Virus record (IMG/VR): IMGVR_UViG_3300051213_000997
Span: 1-30,621 of that record
DNA from: a virus
Lineage: Duplodnaviria > Caudoviricetes
DNA: 30,621 nucleotides
Reading direction: 5' to 3' (one strand)
Both the position numbers and the translations under genes were made by a program. The notes under the pieces are model-generated. The model had not been told where the DNA came from. It worked only from the letters and a program-made list of their open reading frames with translations, and searched no databases. This document shows, piece after piece, positions 7,624-16,197 of this stretch. Numbering within the stretch: the stretch's first letter is position 1; each line of letters begins with the position of its first letter.

Positions 7624-8103
7624 ATGACAACATTAGCAACATACGTCCCTGGACATTTTTCGTCCACTGAGCGGGTTTATCGTCAGTTACCTGCTCTGTT
7701 TAATGATAACTGGCTCAACAACATCTTTGGAGAAGTTGATAAAGCATTTGATGTTCCAAATGCAGTTTATCCTTATAATGTTCTTCAAGTAAGAAACACT
7801 AAAGATGAAATCCTTCAATATGAAGTTGAAGTAGCTCTTGCTGGCGTCGGCAAAGATAGTATCGACGTCAAAGTAAGAGACGGCAAACTTCACATTGATA
7901 TTAACAAAGATAAAGAAGAGGTATCAGAGACTGTAACTTACCTTAAAAAGGGCATCAGTCAAAGAAAGGGAAGCATGACCTTTAATCTCGATGAAAAGGT
8001 TAATTCCAAAAAGATTAGCTCTTCTTATAAAGACGGTCTACTTAAAATCATTATTCCGGCTGTAAAGCCAGAAACAATTGATATTGATGTTAAAGTAGAA
8101 TAA
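7624..8103 (+). CDS. hsp20: Small heat-shock protein (Hsp20/IbpA-like alpha-crystallin), 159 aa
   Basis: YPYNV...YEVEVALAGVGKDSIDV...YLKKGISQR...YKDGLLKI and a C-terminal IDI (IxI) motif. ATG 7624 is preferred over the upstream TTG. Confidence 0.92.
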   Translation: MTTLATYVPGHFSSTERVYRQLPALFNDNWLNNIFGEVDKAFDVPNAVYPYNVLQVRNTKDEILQYEVEVALAGVGKDSIDVKVRDGKLHIDINKDKEEVSETVTYLKKGISQRKGSMTFNLDEKVNSKKISSSYKDGLLKIIIPAVKPETIDIDVKVE

Positions 8104-8120
8104 CTTAAATTCAAACCATT

Positions 8121-8153
8121 AAGAGAGGCTCTAAGAAGGGCCTCTCTTTTTTT
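8121..8153 (+). terminator. Rho-independent terminator
   Basis: AAGAGAGGCTC-taagaa-GGGCCTCTCTT followed by a T run. Confidence 0.85.
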
Positions 8154-8213
8154 GTCTCCAATGTTTAGTGTTTGGTTTTCAGGTTTTGTTAATAAATAAT
8201 AAGAACGCTACCC

Positions 8214-9542
8214 ATGTCCATGGATATAACTTTCGAAAATCTCACTGTCAACACCGTACCTTCTGATTATAGTTGGGACAAACAAGTCCCCAATGAGCGT
8301 ACGCTAGTTCAAAGTGTATTATCAGGAAACAAATACACAGGATATGCTCCATTTGTCAGTGTTTTATTAAGTTCTTATGTAGACAATTTAAGTGGAGCAG
8401 CAATTGCGTTTATAACAACAACAGACTACGGAGATTATTACAATTCTGAGACAAACAGTCAAACGTCTTTGCTTAGCGGAAATCAAATATTTTGTCACAA
8501 CTATTTGATGCCTGGAACATATACGTTAATGTACAAACGATCTCAGTATGTTTCAACGGATATTTCAAGATGTTCAGAGGGAAGTTATAATCCTTATGAT
8601 ACATACATCGAAAAAGAAGAAACAAAAACAGAAAGACTTCCGTTTTCATGGATGTGGTACAATTTTTTAAGAGACGATTACGATCCAAGAACAGAGTTTG
8701 TAGGCTCTTATGAACCCAGAAATGAATTTCTAACATGGGACGATTGTGTGTTTCAAGGTTCAAAACAGGTTACTTGGGAACAAGCTTCTGGACCTGCTAT
8801 TGAAATTCGACAAGGACCTGTTTCATGGCAATGGAAAAAAATAAAAACCAAACCAGATCCGTTTGAGCTGTATACTCAAAACACTAACTGGGTGCAAACG
8901 AAACCAAATTCTTTATTTCCACGCACATGGAAACAAATTAAAGAATACAAATGCGCAAATGATAAGACTGAATGCTTGGAATTAGTTCCTACTCTTTCTT
9001 CAACTACCTACGTACACGTACTAACATCATTTTTAGAAGTAAAAGAAATACCTCCTACTGCTTTTTTAAATGTTGTTCATAGTAAAGCTTTAAACGAGAG
9101 AACATCTCCATACAAAGTAACGTTGACCCCAAGATATATACGTTGTGGAAGTTTTCCGATTGAGAAAATTTTATGGGATTTAGGAGACGGAACTCCTGTA
9201 ATTGAAAAAACACGAGCCAATCCAAATCAAACGTATGACACGGTCATTAATTTCGTTCATCAAAACTATTTTGACTCAGACTTTTTAGATCCTAGAAATT
9301 TTGACTTAGAGTATACCTATACGAGAACTCCTGAAACAGGCAATTGCTTTTATCCTTCTTTGACAGCGTTTGCGAGTTCTACTGGCACAATTGATTGTGC
9401 TTCCGCAATAGTTGGTCCATTAACATACCAGTCCCACGACAATTCCAAGTTTCGACTAATTCAAAACTACTTGTCGGAAAAAGGTGTAGCCTATACAGGA
9501 GCCGTTGAAAGCTCCTTTGTATTCTGGAATAGAAATAAATAA
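8214..9542 (+). CDS. PKD-like domain virion protein with a Trp-repeat insert (442 aa)
   Basis: PKD-type motifs HNYLMPGTYTL and ILWDLGDGT...EYTY; WxW...W-x12-W units; ATAAATA at 8192-8198. Confidence 0.75.
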   Translation: MSMDITFENLTVNTVPSDYSWDKQVPNERTLVQSVLSGNKYTGYAPFVSVLLSSYVDNLSGAAIAFITTTDYGDYYNSETNSQTSLLSGNQIFCHNYLMPGTYTLMYKRSQYVSTDISRCSEGSYNPYDTYIEKEETKTERLPFSWMWYNFLRDDYDPRTEFVGSYEPRNEFLTWDDCVFQGSKQVTWEQASGPAIEIRQGPVSWQWKKIKTKPDPFELYTQNTNWVQTKPNSLFPRTWKQIKEYKCANDKTECLELVPTLSSTTYVHVLTSFLEVKEIPPTAFLNVVHSKALNERTSPYKVTLTPRYIRCGSFPIEKILWDLGDGTPVIEKTRANPNQTYDTVINFVHQNYFDSDFLDPRNFDLEYTYTRTPETGNCFYPSLTAFASSTGTIDCASAIVGPLTYQSHDNSKFRLIQNYLSEKGVAYTGAVESSFVFWNRNK

Positions 9543-9546
9543 CGTT

Positions 9547-10452
9547 ATGTCTTTTGCTGTTGATACTTTGTCTCTTAGTGCACTAGCTCCTATTAAACTA
9601 ACGTATTCGTTTAATTCAGCAGAATCGCTTCAATCCAAATTACACAGCAACAGCAGCAATTTAAGATTTAGAACACACGAATTGCTTGATGATAACGAAG
9701 ACATAGCTATCAGCAAGCATAACATGCTGTCGTTAACTAATATAAAAGACGTTAAGTCAATATTTGAAAACAAACCAACCACTATTGGAATTGATGTAAT
9801 TTCAGGATCTTTTCAACTAACGCTACAAAATAGTTCTTTTTTAGAAGAAAGAGAGCGTATTATAAAAACAGCAAATGATAAGTTTTACATGGGAGGAAAA
9901 GGAGAGGTTGCTGTATTTCACTTATTACATTTAGACACTGGAGGTTGTAATTTGAAAATAAACAACAAGTACGTACAGGTTGAAGAAGAGTATCCATATG
10001 CCTTAGTATCTTCTGAAGAGCCTTTGTTGGACGAAAACGCCTCGCGACAACGTTTTTTTATCGAGTATCGAAATAAATTAATGACAATTAAAACTCAAAC
10101 AAAAGAAGGAATGAGGTATTTGTCGTGCGGAAGCGACAGAGTTCTTAGGTTTGTTGGAGTAGAACTTAATCAAACGAAAATTAACAATTATTATATGTTG
10201 CCTACATTTATTTCTTCTTCTTCGTTATATTATGGGTTTGATTCTACTGCAAAGGAAATTCGATATTTCAACGAAGTATCAGAAACAGACAATCAAAAAA
10301 CCGTCAATATAAAAAGACAAATACCTACTAATACAAACTTGCTTGTTAGTTGTCCTTCTGTACAATTAGCTGAAAGTTCAGAAGTTGGAGTAAACATTTC
10401 ACTTCTCAAAACAAATTTTTCAACAACAGGAGTTTTCAACACACTACTATAA
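9547..10452 (+). CDS. Hypothetical virion protein (301 aa), possibly with a beta-trefoil-like centre
   Basis: ATG 9547 lies 5 nt after ATAAATA (9535-9541) and is preferred over the TTG at 9505. QRFFIEYRNKLMTIKT...RYLSC resembles a fascin-like strand pattern. TAATG overlap with the next gene. Confidence 0.7.
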   Translation: MSFAVDTLSLSALAPIKLTYSFNSAESLQSKLHSNSSNLRFRTHELLDDNEDIAISKHNMLSLTNIKDVKSIFENKPTTIGIDVISGSFQLTLQNSSFLEERERIIKTANDKFYMGGKGEVAVFHLLHLDTGGCNLKINNKYVQVEEEYPYALVSSEEPLLDENASRQRFFIEYRNKLMTIKTQTKEGMRYLSCGSDRVLRFVGVELNQTKINNYYMLPTFISSSSLYYGFDSTAKEIRYFNEVSETDNQKTVNIKRQIPTNTNLLVSCPSVQLAESSEVGVNISLLKTNFSTTGVFNTLL

Positions 10453-12944
10453 TGAATCAACGTTCATATAATAAACTATACGTTAATAAGAACAGAGAAG
10501 ATGGATCAGAGGGAATTTTTCTGGGATACAAAGGAGATGAAAATGAAATCATTTTGTACAAAGACAAAGAAACATATTTTCATATACCAGCATATACTGA
10601 GCATTTAAGATTAATCGACACCGATTTAATTTCAAATGGAGCAGTTGGAGGAGGATTTCCTGCAGCTTCTGATAGAATTTTTAAAAGCCAAAAGGGATAC
10701 GGAGACGTAACACCTCATGGAAACCCTTCTGTGGCTGATGGCATGTGGTTTTGTAGTTGGTTGTATGGAAACATAGAAACTGGCGAAATGCAATGGATGG
10801 ATCGCTATTATCAACCAGGCAAATTTGACTATAATACAGCTATAAATCAACTATTTGATAGACCAGATTATGTAAAAAAGAATCCTGTGTTTAAGGATGT
10901 TGTTTCAACCATGGTTTTCGAACCAGGCGTGTTGTACAAATATTTTCATCAAGGAGAAAGGACGGCAGCTGAACTTCTGAAAACATTTGAAGGAACGAAC
11001 AGCAAACGATTAAAGATGCATTTGTTAAATTGGGGCAGCGAATCAATAGATCGGTCACCTAACAATTTAACAGTGAACGTGCAAACCGATACTTCAAATT
11101 TGTCTGCTGTATATGGAACAAAGATTGAAGACGGCATTAGAATTTTCAATCCTACGTTGAGATTTGATAACGACCTTAACATAAACGCTAAAGTTGAATA
11201 CAATTCCAACTATTTGTTTGAAAACGAATTTACTTGGTCGTTTTGGGCATACTCTAAAAATTGGCAATCTTCTCCATCTACACAGTTGATTGGAAACTTA
11301 TCTACGAGAGGTGGAGGAGTCGGTCTTTTTATTGATACTCTTGAAACGTTTCCATTTATTGCTATTCCTGAAACAAACTACGGCCATGTGATATTCATTA
11401 ACGAAAAAGGATCATCCTATTTAGATAAGTCAGTACAAACACAAGCTATGCCTGTTAATCCAGTTTGTTATGGAATTGACTCAAACAATCACGTTGTTGT
11501 ATGCAATAAAGACAGTACTGGAGTTATTTACAAATTAGATCACGCAGGTAATGTAATAAAAACCACAAAGAACGTAGACGATCCAACCACACTGTTTGTG
11601 TTTCCGTTAAGTGGAGAGACTCCAAAACAATTGCTTTGTGGCTTTGATGATGATTTTCACGTCGTTACAAACGGAGCTATACACACGTTTGATACAAACT
11701 TTAATCACAAACGTTCACTTAGCATTTCTGGTGACGATTACACAAAAGTATCTTTTCGGTACAGTACGACTTTAGGAACAGCAGTATTAGATGTAGCTGA
11801 ACAAGTATATGATGTAAAATTCTTAGAACAAGACAAATGGTCCATTTCTTCGAATGACGGAAATTTGTATTTAAACAATGAATTGTTTTATGCGTTTGAC
11901 GATATAGCTACTAATTTTTCAATTGGCCCTGATAATAATATTTGGATAACTCACGGATTAAACAAAATTTCTGTATTAAATCCTTCATTGTCTTCTATAG
12001 TAGACAAACTTGACGTTGGAAGTCCTGTCATCCAAGAAGGAACTACAAGAAGAAAAAACATTAGTTTTGTTAAACGGTATACCAGAAAAACGAATATTAG
12101 TGAATGGAATATGGTTGTATTTTATACAGACGAAAAAGTGCTCTATTATTACAATCTGTCTGGTAAATTAGTTAAAACATTAGATCTAGCTACAACGTTT
12201 GATGCATTTTTGTTGCAAAGGCTTTCTCAATCCCCAGAACAAGTTGAGTTTTTATCTCAAGGAGATTTTACAGGGTACGAGAGGCAGCGAATTTTTAGTA
12301 AGCTACCTCCTTATTCAAATGCTCCTCAACTGTGCTTAAAAATATCTACTCAAGATACATCAAAATCAAATTTGATCTTCAATTGTCCAATTAAACAGTT
12401 CGCTTCTATGCAAAATTGGGAAAAGGATAGTTGGAAACATTTCGTTCTTACTTTTAACAACAAAGTAGCTTCTGTATATTGCAATAGTATTAAATTAATT
12501 GAGCTTAAATTAAACGGTCAGGAAAGATTGAACTTTGAAACGCAGCCTTCGTTTTTTATAGGTTCTCCTACTGGTGGCATTTTTGGACTTAATTCTGAAG
12601 TAAAATGTGTGTCCAACATATTCAATGGCAAAATTGGCGACATACGTATTTTTGACTACGCAATGAATTCGGACCACATTGTTACTTTTGATGAAGCTAG
12701 TACAGTATCTCAAGATTTAATCTGGCCGTTGCCTATTCCTTCAACTCAATATGTAGAACAAATCGAAAGAATATTTAAACACAAGCTTCCTGGATCCAAA
12801 TCTCAATTTTTTAAATTGAAACTTACAGGAACAGGAATAACTGATCCGACAACTCGCGCCATTGTTGAGGAAGAACTGTTGGATTTAATCAAAGATTCTA
12901 AGCCCGCTTATACTGATTTAATTAAAATCGAGTGGATTGACTGA
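10452..12944 (+). CDS. Baseplate/tail-associated protein with LamG/ConA-like and beta-propeller segments (830 aa)
   Basis: EFTWSFW, WKHFVLTFN, FNGKIGDIRIFD (LamG-like); IDSNNHVVV and IGPDNNIWIT (propeller blades); C-terminal IKDSKPAYT. Confidence 0.75.
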   Translation: MNQRSYNKLYVNKNREDGSEGIFLGYKGDENEIILYKDKETYFHIPAYTEHLRLIDTDLISNGAVGGGFPAASDRIFKSQKGYGDVTPHGNPSVADGMWFCSWLYGNIETGEMQWMDRYYQPGKFDYNTAINQLFDRPDYVKKNPVFKDVVSTMVFEPGVLYKYFHQGERTAAELLKTFEGTNSKRLKMHLLNWGSESIDRSPNNLTVNVQTDTSNLSAVYGTKIEDGIRIFNPTLRFDNDLNINAKVEYNSNYLFENEFTWSFWAYSKNWQSSPSTQLIGNLSTRGGGVGLFIDTLETFPFIAIPETNYGHVIFINEKGSSYLDKSVQTQAMPVNPVCYGIDSNNHVVVCNKDSTGVIYKLDHAGNVIKTTKNVDDPTTLFVFPLSGETPKQLLCGFDDDFHVVTNGAIHTFDTNFNHKRSLSISGDDYTKVSFRYSTTLGTAVLDVAEQVYDVKFLEQDKWSISSNDGNLYLNNELFYAFDDIATNFSIGPDNNIWITHGLNKISVLNPSLSSIVDKLDVGSPVIQEGTTRRKNISFVKRYTRKTNISEWNMVVFYTDEKVLYYYNLSGKLVKTLDLATTFDAFLLQRLSQSPEQVEFLSQGDFTGYERQRIFSKLPPYSNAPQLCLKISTQDTSKSNLIFNCPIKQFASMQNWEKDSWKHFVLTFNNKVASVYCNSIKLIELKLNGQERLNFETQPSFFIGSPTGGIFGLNSEVKCVSNIFNGKIGDIRIFDYAMNSDHIVTFDEASTVSQDLIWPLPIPSTQYVEQIERIFKHKLPGSKSQFFKLKLTGTGITDPTTRAIVEEELLDLIKDSKPAYTDLIKIEWID

Positions 12945-12955
12945 GTTTTTTTGCC

Positions 12956-12962
12956 ATAAATA
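12956..12962 (+). promoter_or_regulatory. Putative late-type promoter
   Basis: ATAAATA 6 nt upstream of ATG 12969. Confidence 0.6.
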
Positions 12963-12968
12963 ATTAAA

Positions 12969-15900
12969 ATGTCACTTGAGCTGTTTGTAAATTTTGAAAG
13001 ACAAAGTAATAACCAATTATTTTACAGACCAACTTCTATTAACGCTTACGCAGCAGTAGTCAAGTTGTCCAGCTCAGATCTTGACATTTTTGATCCAAGC
13101 CTTTATGTTGCAACATACACAGTAGACAACAGGCCTGAAACGCTTTCTAATTTTGATTTATATAACGGAGTGTCTTTATCTTTTGATAGGCGTTGGCCTG
13201 TAATCCGAACCGTGCAAGTTTTATTGTCTGCAAAAGAAGGAGCAACTGAAACGGAAACATATACAATGTCTGCGATGTTTCTTGATAAAATTCCCTCAAC
13301 TACGTTTGTTGCGTATCCTAGTAGTTACTTTGAGGATGAAACTGGAATACAACGTTTTCCGAATACCAAAAACTTTACTAAGGGACCTGGATTATATTTT
13401 TACGGAGAAGGACATACGGAAAGCATTTGTTTGTCAGCAAAAGGGGCTTCTGGGTTTACTCTTAATTGGTTTATTGGAGATAGTTCAGCCGTGTCCCAAT
13501 GGCCTATAACAATTACTTCAACAAATACTGCTACTGTTAGAATATCATCAGAGCCTACTCAGGAGAAAAAAATTCCAATAAACGTAAGGCTTACGAATCA
13601 AGATATTAAATTGGACGGGCCCGTATATTATTATGATGACATAACAGGCAAGAAGACTCACTATTCTTTTTTCGATTCTTCTGCAACACCGGACGGAACA
13701 GAGCGAACAGACAACAAATTTAAATCCCACATACACGTTAGACGTTACCCTCAAGTAGAAAACTACACTTACGTTCCAGCGTTTAGTGCTGATATAGCGG
13801 ATCTCCCTTTTGATTACACTACCAAATGGTTCGAGTCTAAATTAGTAGATAAACATAATTCTCCGTTTCTTTATTACGGACTCAGCTCAACTGCTTGGCA
13901 AATTGACACAAACATCGATGGAATGTCTAGAGCAAGTAATTGGTCTTATACAACCAAGCCTTTGCCAAACATAAATGGATATCGGTTTCCTTTAAGTTAT
14001 ACGCCAGCTACAACGGAAAATATTCCTTACTTAAAAATTTCTTCTATAAACGATACTACCGTTACTAACACTGTATCAGCTATAAAAAAAGTACAGATTC
14101 AGAAGTTCCCATATGATTGGCAGCTAAGCACTCAAATTGAGACTTATAATAGCTCAGCTGTAATATACTCTCAACCATATATTAAATTACATTCTCCTAA
14201 TTTTTTTGCTGTAAAAGAAGAAAAGAGTTATTTTGAACGCTTGCAAGTGTATGCAAAAGATTTTTTAAAATTAGAAAAGGTCGTAATTGATTGCGACGGA
14301 AGCTTAACCACGACTCTAACTGGAGATAATTTGTACAATGAGTTTGATATAGTTTTTAATAAATTAGGAAAACAAACGTTGTCCGCTACTTCTTTTTTCT
14401 ACAATTCTAAAACAAATACCACAGACAAAGTTGTCAATGTATTTGAAAATGCAATTGAAGTTGTCAGTAGCTATGATGACAAAGCAGTGATTGATTTTTA
14501 TCATACCACTAATTCAAAATTACAAACAACTCAATTGAGCGCTCCAGCTCTTTCACCAAATGAGTGGGTAACAGAAACAAATATAAACAGCATATTTCAA
14601 GCGTTTTATGAGACGCTAGATACTATACTTGATCATACAACTTTGTATGTAAACAATAGCCTTTTCTATGGTTGGTTGGGATCTTCAAATTATAGATGGG
14701 TAGACTTAGTGAATGCTGAAAATACCACAGATAAATTGACATGGAATGACCAATTACCAAGCCAACTTGACACCAACAATAATGGGTTTCCTCTTTATTG
14801 GAATCAACAGTCCTGCGATGATGATGTCGAAAGTGATACAGTTTGTCTTCAAAAGTATTGCTTAGAATGGAAATGGTCTTCTCGTAAAAGATCTAACTCA
14901 ACTTTAATCACAACATGGAGAGATACTAGAAGTACCTCTTCTTTAGCTAAAAAATGGCAGTATGAACCATGTAGCATAGATTCAACAGCGTTGATGTGTG
15001 ATTTGGGGAAATGGCATATTTCCACGATCGATCTTGATTATTTTCCGTTACAGAATTGTGGATACAATAAAGACTGTTTAAACGTAGCATGCGTAGAAAT
15101 GGACAATTATTTGATCGTTGCTAAGAAAACCGAATTAAACTTAATTGATAATAAATACGATCCCAAAAAGCTTCACAGAGCAGGACTGGCTGACTCGTTG
15201 TTTGCTTTTGCTAGTATAGAAGGAATGTGCTCAGAAGGAAATAACCTTTATGTGCTAGACTCTTTAATACCAAAAGTAACCGTATATAAAGTTAGCAACA
15301 ACAAATTTACTTTAGTTAATTCGTGGGGACGTTTTGGTTTAGCTACAAATGGTTACGGATTCAATCGACCAAAAGACATTACAATAGATCAAAACAAGTA
15401 TTTGTATATAACTGATACGGGCAATAAGTGTATCAAAAAGTATACATTAGCAGGTAAACACGTATTGACAATTAAACACTCTTCTTTTGATACAGAATCT
15501 CCTGTGAGTTGTTGCGTCGATTCTCAAGAACAAATTCATGTTTTGCTATCAACTAAGGTGGTAGTTTTAGATAAAACCGGAACGTTTGTGTTAGAATACA
15601 ATCTCTCGTCCAATGTAGTTTCTCCTAAAAAAATTACCTGCAATTACAATAGAGAGCTGGTATACGTTTCTCATTTTTACGGAATAGACAAATATTTTCG
15701 AACCGGCGTGTTTTTCGATGCTTTAATAAACAAGCTCCAATGCTCAAACGGGATAGTGATGGAACAATTTGCTGGGGTTTATCATAACCCTCAGCGAACC
15801 CTGTATATTTGTGCCAATGATAAAATTTTAAAATACGCTGATAGGATGAGATTGATTACTAGTAGGTCTCCAATATCGAAAGATCTATATTGGACCATTG

Positions 15901-16169
15901 ATGAAATTAAAATTCATAAAGAAGAGTATATACAAACATGGGTATATCAAAAAGCATTTCATCGGTTATGGGATAATATTGAATTAATTCGCAATTCTTT
16001 GCATTACAATTCCGCGTTGCATCCTGAAAGAAAAACATACTATCCGCCTACATACTCTAAAGAGGAAATAGTAATTGGGCAAAACGAAATTGTTACGAAT
16101 TCTGTTATAAATAGACTCTCTGAACAGCTCTGGACTAACACCCAAACGCTGTTAAATTATTTCAAATAA
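12969..16169 (+). CDS. Large virion protein with an NHL-repeat beta-propeller (1066 aa)
   Basis: Canonical NHL blade WGRFG...FNRPKDITIDQNKYLYITDTGNKCIKKY plus degenerate blades; Cys/Trp-rich central region. Confidence 0.8.
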   Translation: MSLELFVNFERQSNNQLFYRPTSINAYAAVVKLSSSDLDIFDPSLYVATYTVDNRPETLSNFDLYNGVSLSFDRRWPVIRTVQVLLSAKEGATETETYTMSAMFLDKIPSTTFVAYPSSYFEDETGIQRFPNTKNFTKGPGLYFYGEGHTESICLSAKGASGFTLNWFIGDSSAVSQWPITITSTNTATVRISSEPTQEKKIPINVRLTNQDIKLDGPVYYYDDITGKKTHYSFFDSSATPDGTERTDNKFKSHIHVRRYPQVENYTYVPAFSADIADLPFDYTTKWFESKLVDKHNSPFLYYGLSSTAWQIDTNIDGMSRASNWSYTTKPLPNINGYRFPLSYTPATTENIPYLKISSINDTTVTNTVSAIKKVQIQKFPYDWQLSTQIETYNSSAVIYSQPYIKLHSPNFFAVKEEKSYFERLQVYAKDFLKLEKVVIDCDGSLTTTLTGDNLYNEFDIVFNKLGKQTLSATSFFYNSKTNTTDKVVNVFENAIEVVSSYDDKAVIDFYHTTNSKLQTTQLSAPALSPNEWVTETNINSIFQAFYETLDTILDHTTLYVNNSLFYGWLGSSNYRWVDLVNAENTTDKLTWNDQLPSQLDTNNNGFPLYWNQQSCDDDVESDTVCLQKYCLEWKWSSRKRSNSTLITTWRDTRSTSSLAKKWQYEPCSIDSTALMCDLGKWHISTIDLDYFPLQNCGYNKDCLNVACVEMDNYLIVAKKTELNLIDNKYDPKKLHRAGLADSLFAFASIEGMCSEGNNLYVLDSLIPKVTVYKVSNNKFTLVNSWGRFGLATNGYGFNRPKDITIDQNKYLYITDTGNKCIKKYTLAGKHVLTIKHSSFDTESPVSCCVDSQEQIHVLLSTKVVVLDKTGTFVLEYNLSSNVVSPKKITCNYNRELVYVSHFYGIDKYFRTGVFFDALINKLQCSNGIVMEQFAGVYHNPQRTLYICANDKILKYADRMRLITSRSPISKDLYWTIDEIKIHKEEYIQTWVYQKAFHRLWDNIELIRNSLHYNSALHPERKTYYPPTYSKEEIVIGQNEIVTNSVINRLSEQLWTNTQTLLNYFK

Positions 16170-16197
16170 ACAGAGTAATGATTAAATAATACATATT

